A DNA stretch of 63,647 nt, counting the filler, from Reclinomonas americana ATCC 50394 (taxonomy: Eukaryota): the NCBI GenBank assembly GCA_048213135.1. It is 14 parts of 14 records of this genome, joined end to end, with 100 filler letters (N's around TTAATTAATTAA, not from the genome) between each part and the next. Parts side by side here need not be neighbours in the genome. Positions count along the whole stretch, not along the records: positions 36,352 to 37,494 come from AFZH01017980.1; positions 37,595 to 38,873 come from AFZH01017981.1; positions 38,974 to 44,551 come from AFZH01017982.1; positions 44,652 to 50,133 come from AFZH01017983.1; positions 50,234 to 51,624 come from AFZH01017984.1; 9 more parts are not named here. One strand, 5' to 3'. Below are positions 37,204 through 50,384 of this stretch, one piece after another. The notes below the pieces were generated by a model. That model made no database searches and had not been told where the DNA came from. It saw nothing but the letters and a program-made list of their open reading frames with translations. Made by a program: the position numbers and the translations under genes. Numbering within the stretch: the stretch's first letter is position 1; each line of letters begins with the position of its first letter.

Positions 37204-39594
37204 TCACGTGTCGGCCGGCTTGGAGGCATCGAGTGCATCGGTCTCGCCCGACCATGTTACTTCGAGGAACCTGCCGTGCGCCTGTGCGTCCTTTCGTGCC
37301 AACTCAATCTCCTTGTCGCGCGCGGCGAGCAGGTACTGGCGCCTCACAAAGGTGGCGAATTCGCGAGCGTCGATGCGACCATCGTGATTCGTGTCGGCCT
37401 CTTGCACGTCAAACACGATGCCGTGCTGCATGTTGCGTGCCGTGGCGCGGCCGTGCACTGTGCGCGACAGAGGTGAGATGGATGGAATGTGGAANNNNNN
37501 NNNNNNNNNNNNNNNNNNNNNNNNNNNNNNNNNNNNNNTTAATTAATTAANNNNNNNNNNNNNNNNNNNNNNNNNNNNNNNNNNNNNNNNNNNNGAGAGA
37601 GGAGAGGAGAGAGAGAGAGAGACGGAAGGGGGAAGGTGAAGGGGGAAGACCAAGGGGGAAGGAGGGGAGGAAGGGAGAGAGAGACTTCGACAACTCACCT
37701 TCGTCTTTAGCATCTTCCTCACAGGTGCCAACATAAAGAACGGATCTTGTACCAAGGGCACTGTGCCGTTGCTAAGTCAGTCGCCTGCTTCACATCCTGC
37801 AACACGCTTGTGCGATGCACGCAACATCGCGACACATCCACTTCAAAGTCCTGAGTGCCATAAATCTCACGCAGCCCTGCCCTCAGCTCCAGCTCCAATT
37901 GTTCTGGTCGTTGCTGGCCGGCGCGCACAGGTCCCAGGCACGTTCGAATGACACTGAACCTGAGACGAGAGGGTGTGAGAGCGAGACAGGGAGAGGTGAG
38001 GCGTGGTCGGGAATTACGAGACTTGAGAAAATCAACGGCCTGCACGAGACAAGGGAAGGGGGTGAGCGCGAAGGTGGAGGATAGAACGGCGAGAAGCAAA
38101 CGCACCTCAAAAATGCTCAACACGCCGTCACTGTTGGTGTCGAAGAGAGCAAGGGCTTTCCGCGCGTCTGCCTCGTCTGGTCGCTTGCCGCGCACAGCTC
38201 GCGGAAGCTCTGTGGTGGGAAGGAGAAGAGCGTTGAGCAGTAGAAGGAAGAGCAAGCAGAAAGAGAGAGAAAGGGAGAGAGAGAAGAGGGAGGAGAAGGA
38301 GGAGAAGAACAAGACGGTGGGCAAGCAGGCAAGAAGGAAGAGAGGCGAAGGAACTGGAGACTGTCATAAGGAGAGAGCGAAAGAGGAGGAGAGGAGAGAC
38401 GATTCACGAGATGGGTGAAGGGAGGAAGAGACGATGAGAGAAAAGAGAGGGAACGAGAGCAGACAGAGAGGGCAACACAGAGCGTGAGAACTTCTCCACC
38501 AAATCACCGAAAACCCCTTCAAGTAATGACGAGCGTGCATGCCAAATGAACACAGCTTCTCCTCGGCCATCCAAGTGGCCAAGCGAGGGAGAGAAAGAAC
38601 GAGGGAGACAGAGAGGAGGAGGAGAGAGAAGCGCGAGATGGGAAAGAAGAGAGAATGAGAGAAAGGAGGAGGAAAGCGATTCATGACATGGGTGCAGAGA
38701 GAAAGAGAGAGGCAAAGAGAGAGAGACAAAGAGAGAAGAGGAAAGAGAGACACACAGGGCAGGCAGGCAAGTGGCCTCGAGCAGCGCCAAGCGAGGAAGA
38801 GAACAGATGAGAGCGAGAACGAGGAGGATAGCAAGGCACGACATGGGTGACGAGAGGACGAGAGAGAGAGAGANNNNNNNNNNNNNNNNNNNNNNNNNNN
38901 NNNNNNNNNNNNNNNNNTTAATTAATTAANNNNNNNNNNNNNNNNNNNNNNNNNNNNNNNNNNNNNNNNNNNNAGAGAGAGAGAGAGAGAGAGAGAGACA
39001 GGGAGAGACAACGAGAGAAGAGGAACGAGAGACACACAGGCACAGGCAGGCAGGCAAGTGGCCTCAGCAGAGAAAGGAGGAGAGAAGGAGGAGTGGACTC
39101 ACGACATGGGTGAAGAGAGACAAAGAGGAGAAGAGGAACGAGAGGCAGACAAGCAGACAGAGAAACACAGAGTGTGAGAACTTCTCCACCAAATCACCGA
39201 AAAAAACAACAAACACGAGCATGTATGTGACTGACAATCAATCAATCAACAAAATAATGACGAGATTTTCTCTCTCTCTCTCTCTCTCACTGCTCACCCA
39301 TCCAAGTGGCCTCCAAGAGCGCCAACACCTCTTCGGCATCGAGCGATCCACTGCGATCGGCGTCGAACTGACGGAACTTGGACGAGACAATCGCCATGAA
39401 TGTGTCGGTCTCAAACAGGCCCTGAAACTCCGCGTCAAGCTCGGCGTGTGACTGCAGAAGCTCAGCGTCCTGTGTGCAAGAGAGAGTGAGAAAGTGAGTG
39501 TGTGACAAAGTGTGTGTGTTATATGAGTGACCTCAGCAGGGAGCGCCTGCATGTATTTGGCTTCTTGGTGCGATTGTGTGACGTAGCGGTGCAT
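37204..39594 (-). CDS. EF-hand calcium-binding protein (multi-exon, spans two gaps)
   Basis: EF loops FDADRSGSLDAEE, FDTNSDGVLSIFE and ADTNHDGRIDAREF on successive minus-strand exons. Joining them into one gene is inferred. Confidence 0.65.
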
Positions 39595-40430
39595 TGTGTC
39601 AACGTGAGAGTGAGCGCGTGTGAGTGCGTCAGTGTGTGATTTGTGAGAGCGGGTGTGGGACATGCGACGTTCATGCATTTTGTGTTGTCGTGAGAATGCA
39701 AACGCGGTTGGCGTCTCTCTCTCTTTCGCATATGGGTCCCAGTACGGTGCCTGCGCCGTCTTATCTCGAGAACAAAACACTTCATTCATCACGTGAAAAT
39801 TCCAATAATGCGACAATTGCAAACGCCCGCAAATCCCTTGCGGACAGCGACCTTGGCATACCAACAATATGTAGACCGACCAACAATTACTCTTCTCCAA
39901 CAGTTACTTCCCTCCCTGAAGGCGAACGTAATCAAAGGCGTTGCAAAGTATCATCAATTGCAACGTCATTCTTTAAAATTTCGCGATCTCAACTGCAGTA
40001 TCACTGGTGATTTTCCCTCGTGCACTCTCTGCGAGCTCGGTATTGTGTGCCAGATCGCATGCGCTGCGAAAACGAAATCACTTGCCTTCGAAGTTTTCGA
40101 TATTGTGTCTCGACGTTCGACTTTTCTGCGCATCCTCGCCTTCTATCAGGCCAGCGACGCCACGCAGAGCTGTGCCAGGTGCACTTGCATGTATCAGAAC
40201 ATCAGCAAGCCTCTCGAAACAGCCCGTGCAGGACCACCATTGAATTTCGCTCTTCCGCGTGCACTCACTCGCACTTGGAGCAATAACAATCGCCCCTTCG
40301 CTGCTCCTCCGCTCCTCTACACCTTGTAGCAACCCTCCTGCCGCGTCGTCGCACCACCTTCGACACGCCACACACAATGCATGCAAGTTGTCCCGCACGC
40401 ATGTTCCTCTCATCTCTCTCTTCGCAGCGA

Positions 40431-41289
40431 ATGGAGGTGCAACGCCTTGGTCGCGGCTCCGTGTTCATCAAGCACGGAGTCGACGTGGCAACCGAGCAGT
40501 GGCTCGCCGAGTTTGCCATGCGCGTGGGACGCGATCCACAACGCGGATTCTGGAAGACCACTGCAGACAACACGGAAGACCGCGTGCTGAATGTCACGCC
40601 GACTCGCGGGCGCATGTACCTCCCACTGCATGTGTACCCCGACTGTGAGCGTGTGCGCGAGCTGTGTCTGCGACTGGTGAGCATCGCTGAAAATAACTCT
40701 CTCTCTTTTCGCGAATCGCGGGCCCTCCTCACTAGTGCGTCTGTGAGCAGGTGGCTGCAGCGCAGGAGAGTGGTGTAGAGGTGCCGTCGATGACACCAAC
40801 GCACCTGTTGCTGGTGTACTATGCAGGCACGGAGGGCATGGACTGGCACAAGGACAGCGATCCGAATGATGGTGAGAGTGTTGTCCGCGCGCGCGTGCGT
40901 GCCCTCTCGCCTGCTGACTTGTGTGTGGCAGGCGACAATGACGAGCCCATTGTGTCCATCTCCATTGGCAACTCCAGCCAGTTCGGGTACAAGCAGATCG
41001 GCAAGGCGGAGCAGTTTGTGACGGTGGAGTCGGGCGATGTGTTGATATGGGGTGGCAAGGAGCGCATGTTGGTTCGTTGGGAGCCATGTGGCGGTGTACT
41101 GGTAGTGTACTCACTGCGTCTACGTCTGTGCAGGTTCACTGTGTACAGGGCGTGGAGATGGGCACGGTGCCGGAGCATCTGCGCGAGGTGTTGGCGGACG
41201 TGCGCATCAACTTTACATTTCGCTCGGCGCCCAACATTCTCGGTCGTGAGGATGAGTTTGGGACGGGGTTCTGGACGGATCCGTACTGA
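40431..41289 (+). CDS. AlkB-family 2OG-Fe(II) dioxygenase (4 exons)
   Basis: YY...MDWHKD (HxD), PIVSISIG, ESGDVLIWGG..R..VH, RINFTFR; three clean GT-AG introns. Confidence 0.88.
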
Positions 41290-41752
41290 TGAGGTGGTCG
41301 AGAAAGAGCGTGAGTGGCAGCCAATGCAACACCAACAATAATAGCCCATCTGCATCGAGTTCACAATCGTCCCAGCCGCACCAAATGCTGCGCGGCATCG
41401 GTGGCTTCAACGCAGTCACTGGGAACTGCTGTATTATCGCTCAGCAAGCTGCGCAGGCAATGTTGTAGCCAACCATCACATTTGTCTCAATTGCAGTGAT
41501 CAGAGGCCCGCAGCTGCGGGGGGTTTTCAACTTTCTCACTGCCTTTCATGTACGGAGCACAGAACATCACGGCCAAGTTTATGGTAGAGGTGAGTGTGTT
41601 CTATCGTACGAATGACGACGAGTTGGTTTTCTCATTGTTCAGTCGCACCAATTTCTGACAATTCTGACAGCTGTCATGTCATGTCTGTCGTCGCGGCCTG
41701 TCGTCGTATATTTTGTGACAACCTGACCTAATTGTGTGGCAGTTCACCACAG

Positions 41753-44700
41753 ATGCCTCCCTCGCACATCCAGTGCCGACGCCACTGCATAGTGGCACTG
41801 GTTGCTGTTCTACTTGTTCACGGTGAATCACTTCTCATTCCTTCTGGCGCATCGGTTTTACTCACTGTGCGATACAGTATCACTGGTGATTGCCGGTGAC
41901 TCGTATGCCCCTGGCAGCTCGAGTGCGCCGGAGCAATTTCAGATCATCAAGGCTGTGGGCGAGGATGGTGCGTGCATTGCATTCTCTCTCTCTCTCTCTC
42001 TCATGTGCATTCTTCCTCACTCTCTCCACTTCTCTCTCCTAGCGCAGACCTCGACACCTCCTCCCCAACTGGCTCCCAGTCGGCCATCTGGGTCAACTGG
42101 ACCAACCCCGTCAACCAGGGCAACGCGCCGCCCACCGAGTTCGGTATCGATGTGACCAGCACTGGTGGCACCACCAAGTACACTGTTGCGTCTTCACTTT
42201 CCTCTCCCTCTCCTCTGCTCACTCTACTCCTCCACCAACAGTGCTCGTCGGTCAACGCCATTGTGACCAATGGCGGTCCCTCGACTGGCGGCGCCGGCTG
42301 CTACGGCATGATTCTGCGTTACTTTGACCAGAACATCCAGGAGGGTGTGCAGTACACCATCGCTGTTGCGTCTCACTTCTCCTCTTCCTCCCCTCCCTCC
42401 CTCCATCCCCCACTCATCTCACCTCTTCTCCCACCCACAGGCCTACGCGGTCAACGCGTACGGTGAGGGCGTCCGCACCTCGTCGCAGGTCGTGACGGTG
42501 CCGCTCGGCGGTACCCCGCGCCAGCCGACCAACATGGCCATCAGCTACACGGCTGCCACGTCGTTTGTGCTGTCGTTCTACCCGCCGATCAAGCTTGGCC
42601 AGACCGGCGCCACCGGCACCGGCAACTCAAACTTCAACCAGCTGCAGAATCCGTTCTTCCAGGTGCAGATTCGCAGCTCGACTGGCACGTCGCTGACCGC
42701 CTGGACGCCGGTGACCTTCTACTCTGAGATCGTTGTCGGCAACAACGCCAACGCGGCGATTGTGCCGTTCACGAGCGGCCCGTTCTCGCAGCAGACGTGT
42801 GTGGTGTCGGGCACTGGCGCCACCGCCTCGGCCAGCCTGCTGCAGCCGAGCACTGGCTACGTGGTGCGCGCTCGCGCTGTGGGCCAGTGGGGCTTTGGCC
42901 CGTGGAGCACTGTTGCGTCTCTCTCGTCGTCGTCTCGTGATGCTGCTGCATTGTGTGACGCACTTTGTTCACCCGCTTCTTGTCCTTCTCCCCCTTCGCA
43001 GACCATGTCGGTGACCACCCAGGACGGCAACCAGTCGCCGGGCAAGGTCCTGATCCCGACCATTGTGGCTGCGGCCTCTGACGGCGGTCTGCTGTCGTGG
43101 ACGAGCCCTCAGCTGACTGGCGGTGCCATCACCGGCTGGAAGGTGGAGGCTGCGGCCTCGGCCAATGGCGACACTGTGATGTACAACGCCTTTGGCGCCT
43201 CGTTCACTGGCTTGCCGGTGACCGACACGGCCTTTGGCCGTGTGTCTGGTGGCCACATTTTGATCTCGAAGCTGTCGTCGACCAACATCACCAAGTACCG
43301 CATTCGCGTGACTGCGCAGAACGCCTCTGGTGACGGCACTGCCACGCTCGACACCACCTCGCAGCAGACTCTCACCCTCAACGCTGCTGCCAACCCGACC
43401 CTCGGCACTGCCCCGGTTCTGGTGGCTTGCTGGTCGGTGACTGGTGGTACCACCATTTACTGCCTGGCCAACACGACTGCTGCCACTGTGATTGGCAACG
43501 GTGGCTTTGGCGCTACTCCGTACACTTTCGGCGCCAACGGCGTTGCCAGTGCCTCCGGCACCGTGTCGATGGGCGCGAACGACCTCACCGGCACTGTGAC
43601 CTTCAATGCCACTGCTGCCGGTACCGTGAATCTTGTGGTGACGAACGCCACCAGTGGATCAGCCAACGGCGGCATCACGTTCATCTCTTCTCTTGCTGTG
43701 ACTGCGCCCACCAACGCCGTCTGGTTCAACCGCTCGGGCACTGCCGTGACCGACGTTAGCGGATACGTCACGCTCGGCAACAACTTTGTGGTGCTGAACG
43801 TTGGATCACCGACTCAGCGCGGTGTGGTGGCGACAGCCACCACTGGCACTAACGTTGGTGGTGTCAACGTCGTCGGTTTCTTTGCCGGCACCAATGCCGC
43901 CAGCAATGGCGCGGCTGTCACCGACTTCCAGTACCTTGACGGCACCACCTCGACATCTGTCCGTAGTGCCTCTCGCTTCCTGGTGGCTATTCGCACCACT
44001 CCTTCGGCCACCGCGACTGTTGGTGTGAACTGGACGCTGGTCAGCGGTGGCACTGCCGTGCAGCTGTACTGCTGCGGTACTAACGTAACTGACTCGAACG
44101 GCGCCGGTGCCGTCCCCACCGGCGCAGGAGCCAACGCAGGTGCCCTCACCGCCGCCAACTCGATCACCGTCATCGACATCACCGACACCTCGCTGACCTT
44201 TGTCATCACCTTGACCGCCGGCGGTGCGCAGTACGTTGCGAACCAGGCCAACGCCAATGCGTCGTCTGCTGCCAGCGTCTACCAGTTCACTGCCACTGGC
44301 TCCGCCTTTGTGCGCGGTGTCGCTGTCGCCTCGGGCCTCACCACCACCGCCAACAACAACCAGCCCGCCACTGGCCACCTCGACGGCTGGCAGGTCACCC
44401 TCTCTGGCCTCCTCCCCGGCCGTCAATACTTCCCGCAAGTCACATTCTCCGTCACCAACGCCGCCAGCACCAACGCGGCCGCTGCCGCCTCACCGACTGG
44501 CAACAATTTCTGGACTACCACAAGTTGCGCACCTCACTTATTCTTTAACCCNNNNNNNNNNNNNNNNNNNNNNNNNNNNNNNNNNNNNNNNNNNNTTAAT
44601 TAATTAANNNNNNNNNNNNNNNNNNNNNNNNNNNNNNNNNNNNNNNNNNNNTTTTCTCTTGCCGGTTTACATCTGTTCTCCTTCTCCCAATCTCAGATCG

Positions 44701-47700
44701 CGCTCCGGTCGCCACCGCCGCCTCGAACGCCATCTACTACATCGGCAGCACCCAGGCCACCGTCTGGCTGCAGCTGCCGACTGATCTCGTCGGCCAGGGC
44801 GGTCTCTCCACCATCTCTGCCGTCGGCGCCACTGCCAGCACCTTCCAAGACATCAATACCTCGCTCACTGTGCAGCAGACCACCAACCTCGCCACCGGCA
44901 CCACTGCCTACCGCGCGTTCTTGGTCGGCGACGCTGGTCCCACCACTGTCACCACCACCAACGTGTCGTCTGGCGCGTGGCGCGGTGTGACTCTGGCCAC
45001 ACTCGCTGCAACCAACGCCACCACTGGCCAGGGCTACACCATCAATGTGTGGACTGAGTCGCAGGTCAACCGCTCGGCCACGGCGTGGATTGGAAGTCTG
45101 ACCACCAGCGGTTCGGATGCCACCAAGGTGTCGACTGCGGCGCCGACGCTTTCGTCCAACCTGCGCTACGTCACGTCGACCTCGGCGTGGGTGGAGTGGG
45201 AGGGTGTGGCGGCCAATGTGGGCGTGATTGGCGGTGCTCCGTCGTGGTACGTCAAGTCGGACTGCGGCAGCGGTGCAGTGACGGTGGTCACCACCATTGC
45301 CGATCTGACCGATTTCGGCATCCCGGCCGGCAGCTCTGGTCTGTCGCGCAACCGCGTGCTCGTCAAGGTCACTGGCCTGACTGGCACCAGCTGCGCCATC
45401 TCGACGGCCTACAACAACGGCAGCGGCTTCCCTGCTCCCAATGGTGCCAACCTGACGTTCTCGACGCCTCAGACGGTGACTCTGGCTTCGGGTGCGCCGG
45501 CCACGCCGACTGGCTACACGGTGGCCCCGTACACTGGCTCTGTGGACCAGGTCACTTCGACGTCGTTTGTCGTCGCCTTCAACTTCCCTACCACGCTCGG
45601 CACGGGCGACACTGGCGCTACGTCGACGGCCGCCTACACGGTGACCAACGCCAACACTGACCAGCCTGCCATCACCACCGGCGCGACTGGCAACGGCACG
45701 CTCGCCACTTCGTTCTACGGCCTGTTCTCGTACAACTCTGGCTTCTACCAGCAGATCACCGGCTTCACTGTGAGCGGCACCGCCAACAACTTTGTGGCTG
45801 CCACGCAGTACACGACCAAGATCCGCGTCACTGTGAACAACAACACCACTGCCTCGGCGGCCGGCTCCATCCAGGCCACCACCGACAACAATGGTGCGGT
45901 GCCGGCTGCGCCCACTGGTGTGGCGTACTCGCGCCTGTTCTCGACTGGCGTGCGCCTCAACTTCTCGACCCCGATCAGCGTCGGCGGCTCCAACACTGCC
46001 ACCTCGACTGCCACTCAGGGCAACCTGACGACCCCGACCCCGAACGTGAACGCCTACCGTGTGGTGTACTCGACCACCAGCGCCTCGTCGGTGACTGCGG
46101 CCACTGCCGGCACTGCCATCGCCATTGACGCCAGCTCCATCCCGTCCACCAACGGCACTGGCACTGCGGCGTCGTGGAGCAACAACCTGTCGACCTACTA
46201 CATTGACGTGACTGGCCTGCCGGCTGGCACCTCGGTCAACCTGCAGATCTGCGCCAGCAACCAGTTCTCGATTGCCTTCCCGACCTCGCCCTTCAACCCG
46301 GCTGGCACTGCCGCCAACCCGGTGACGTGCGTGTTCAGCACTGCCATCAACTTCACCACTCCGGCTTCCAGCGGTGTCGTGATCGTGCCGAACCCGCCGA
46401 CCAGCCTGGTTGTGACGCAGTACGGCCTCACCAACATCTTCCTGCAGTGGACGATTCCGCAGAACTTTGGCACCAACGCGGTGACGGTATTCACGATCTT
46501 CCGCGGCCAGGGCAGCGCGACCCCGGTGTCTGTGGGCACGGTGAACCTGCCGACTGGCTGGGCGCTGACCGCTGCTTACACTGCCGACACGACGCTGTTG
46601 GCCAACACATCGTACACGTATCGGGTGTACTCCACTTCTACGCTGACCAACTCGACCACGGCTGCTGGCCCGATCACTCAGACCACTCACAACACCAGTT
46701 GCGTGAAAGGGGGAAAGGAAAGGGGAAAGAAAGAGGAGAGGAGAGGGGATTGGCAGTGAGAGAGGGAGAAGGGAACCATCTACTTCTTTTGAATATCAGT
46801 ATCTCATCCACCGCCTCCCTTCTCCCCCACCACGCAGATGATGCTCCGATCGCCCCGGCCGCCCCGACGCTGGCTGGCGGTCTGGCCAACTCGCAGGGCA
46901 CCAACTCGAGCGCCGGCTGCGCTGCTGTGGCTGGTACCCTCGGTGTGGGCTTCTCTGGCAACTGCTACCAGGACACCCTCACCAGCATCTCGTGGGCGTC
47001 GCCGATTGGCATTGGCGGCACCTCGATCAACGGCTACGTTGTGACGCAGAACACCAGCAACTGCAACCGCACGTACACGTGGACGACGCTGACCACCAAC
47101 TTCAACTTCCCGACCATTCCGGGCAAGTCGTACACCTACGCCGTGAAGGCAACCAACACCCGCTCGGACTCTGGTGTGACCTCGACGCAGAGCGGTGCTC
47201 AGTCGGGCACTCTGTCGCAGATTGCCAACTCGATTGTGCGCCCGTACCCGCTGCCGGCTCTGACCACTGGCGGCTCGGCTGGCACGACTGGCTCCGGCTA
47301 CGCCACCTTCACGCTGTCGACCCCGTCGACTGTGGTCGGCACGCAGTACTCGCTGACCACCTCGGACGGCTTCATGAACTACGTCGGCGTGCAGGTGCTG
47401 GTGCAGAACCTGACCAACGTCACCTCGACCACTTTTGTGCCGGACTCGTTTGTGACGCAGTTCAATGGCTCGCTCGGCTCGACCACCACGACGCTGCTGG
47501 TGAATGGCCTCACCTCCAACACCAAGTACCGCATTGGCGTGTCGTCGTTCAACGGCTACCAGGCTGCCTGGTCTGCGACGGCCATCACCATCACCACGGC
47601 CACGTCGCCGCAGCGCCCGGGCGGCATCACGTCGCTGTCGTCGAACCTTCTGCTCAAGCGCTCGACCTCGATCTGGCTCAGCTGGGGACAGCCGCAGGAG

Positions 47701-49469
47701 ACTGGCGGCCAGGGCTTCGTGAACCAGTGGCAGGTGTCGTGGCGCGCGACTACGGCCAGCACGCTGACCCAGAACACCACCTCGGTGCAGCAGGCTGTGA
47801 TCCGCAGCCTCACTGACGCCACCAACTACTTTGTCGACGTGCGCGGCATCAACGGCATTGGCACGTCGACCACTCAGGCCACTTTCGGTGACGGTATCCT
47901 CGGCAACGGCCTCAACAACAACGTGCTGACGGGCCAGGTGCCCTACGAACAGACCAATTTTGCAGTGAGCTACAACTTTGACACGGTGATTGAGTTCACG
48001 TGGACGACTGCCTTTGGCGCGTCGACTGCCATCTCTGCCCAGTCGCTGACTGGTGTGTCGGCTTCGAATACAAGCCCGAGTGTGGTAGTGCACTTGGGAG
48101 CCGCTGCCGCCACGGCGTCTGTGACGGTGGTGAACGGCAACTTTTACCGATTCTTCCTCAACGCCACCAATACGATTGGCGCCAGCAACAACTCGCTGTC
48201 GATATACATCCAGGCGTCGCCGGTGTACACGACTTACACTGTGCCGACCCTGTCGTTGGACTTCTACGCCGCCAACGAGTACCGCGTGTCGTGGACTGCG
48301 GTGGGCTCGGGCACGACTGCGGCCACCACCTACTACCTGGTGTACTGGCAGTGGACGACCCGCTTCCTGGCGTCGACTGGCAACCCGGCCGCCGCTGACG
48401 GCCTGGGCCTGAACACTGCTGTGCTCGGCAGCGGCACCAACCCGGCCATTGCCGGCACTTGCGTGCAGCTGTTCCAGACCATCAAGCCGTCGTCGCGCTA
48501 CCGCATGGTGCTGATCGGCGGCAACACCGTCGGCCTCGGCCAGGGCTCGCAGGGCACCGACAACAACAACATTGGCACGCCGACGCAGGGCGCTCTGACC
48601 CAGACGGGCCAGGCTGACGCTCCGGCCGCCCCGACAAAGGGTGTTGTGACTGACACCTCGATCACCATCAACTTCTCGACTCCGACGTACACTGGTCTGG
48701 CGCTGATCACCAGCTACCAGGTCCAGACGTTCCCGGAGAACGGCGGCAACGTGATCCTCGGCTACAAGAACGCCGCCGACTCGACGTCGTCATCGCGCAC
48801 CGTCTACACTTTCACTCAGTCGAACCTGCAGCCTGGCACGCCGTACGTGGTGAACGTGCGCGCCATCAACTCGTTCGGGCAGTCGATTCCGTCGGCCAGC
48901 CTGCGCGTGTCCACGACCGGCAGCGGGCCTGGACCTGGACCTGGGCCGTCGACTCCAGTGTGGAAGTGGATTGTGATTGGCGTTTCTTGTGCAGCTGGTG
49001 TCGCGGTGGTGGCGGTGATCGTGTGGCTGCTGATAAGGTGGCGCCGTCGTGCGGCTCTGCATCGAAAGAATGATGTTATCGCTGAAGTCGGTTACGGTGT
49101 GCAAGCCGCCGACGAGCAACGCCGGCTTCTCCATCGACCTCTTAATGAGGTTGAATTCCTTCGAAATGATGTGCACAATTATCAGGCGGACACAGCTAGC
49201 GCAGGGGCCGCTGCGCCACCAGACCCGTCGGCCCGCATTCACGGTTTTGTGATCGTGTACTCTTGGGGGTGTTTTGAGGCTGCCTTGCCGCTACTGACTT
49301 AGTGCACGTGTGCTGCACAGGGAATCGGCATACGTATGACGGTAAAAACAACAATGCTCATCAAACTGCCTCAGGAAAGGAGCGCCAGACGCGGAGAGAG
49401 GCGGTTGCGTCGCCGCCTCGCGATCGACCTGTTCGGAATCTCAATCTCGCGCCCTCCACCGATGGCTAA
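41753..49469 (+). CDS. Very large type I membrane protein with multiple fibronectin type III domains, T/S/G/A/N-rich (spans a gap)
   Basis: Signal peptide MPPSHIQCRRHCIVALVAVLLVH; FN3 motifs (LQPSTGYVVRARAVGQWGFGPWS, LQPGTPYVVNVRAINSFGQS); PG linker; TM segment WIVIGVSCAAGVAVVAVIVWLLI-RWRRR at ~48965-49050; short cytoplasmic tail. Confidence 0.88.
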
Positions 49470-50038
49470 CTGATCATTGAATGCTGTTTCATGTTGCTTC
49501 TTTATTTACTGAGGGTGAGTCTTGTCACTGACGACCTCTGTGGACGCAACGGCACGACGCAAATGCCAGGCACGCCACCGCTTTCGTATGTTCAACTTTT
49601 TCGCAGCAGACGACTCTTCCGGTTTTGTTGCCTCACGCAGCGGATCAGACCCACTTTGCTTCAACTACAAACAAACAAGCAACAGCAGTCTTGATGACCA
49701 AGTCCTACCATTTTGTTTTTCCAGATAACTGGATGTGCTAAGTGCGTCAAATCCACTTTATATACAGCCACGCTTATGCGGTGAAGATCGCAGTTCTCCA
49801 CGTGTTCGAAGCTCCGAGAGCGAACACACACACACACACACACACACGCACGCACGCACGCATACACGCAATGCAACCCTCTGCTGCTCTCACGACTGGC
49901 GTTTGTGTTGATGATTTGGACATGGTTGGACTTTGTCATCAAACTGCTATTGCTTGTTTGTGCCACACACTCACTCACTCACTCACTCACTCATGATCAC
50001 TCATACTGTACACACACACCTCGCTGCGTTCTCTCAAC

Positions 50039-50039
<1 letters not shown>

Positions 50040-50127
<88 letters not shown>
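50040..50127. repeat. Compound (CT)n(CA)n microsatellite
   Basis: Direct reading. Confidence 0.95.
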
Positions 50128-50129
<2 letters not shown>

Positions 50130-50384
50130 CTACNNNNNNNNNNNNNNNNNNNNNNNNNNNNNNNNNNNNNNNNNNNNTTAATTAATTAANNNNNNNNNNN
50201 NNNNNNNNNNNNNNNNNNNNNNNNNNNNNNNNNTTGGCGTTGCTGCTCTCTCTTGTCACAATCCGTACAAAAGTCGATTTCTCCAGTAACGGTTTTTCCA
50301 CCTACAATACGTTTCGGTAGAGAGAAGTCATTGTTGCGGTTGATTGCGTGCTCGTCGACCAATTCCCCGTGCAGCGCCACAACC

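Noticed and set aside
36621..37255. Poly-S/F/L/R/K ORFs here and at 10062-10680, 19221-20115, 62908-63181
   Set aside because: Translations of microsatellite or purine-pyrimidine tracts.
40420..41755. Acceptor-like CAG just before several ATGs (spliced-leader trans-splicing)
   Set aside because: Plausible cis donors exist upstream in at least two cases, so 5'UTR introns suffice; this cannot be tested from DNA alone.
44693..48093. Long antisense ORFs (665 aa, 429 aa; also 14222-15475 +)
   Set aside because: Shadows of strongly biased GC-rich coding sequence on the opposite strand.
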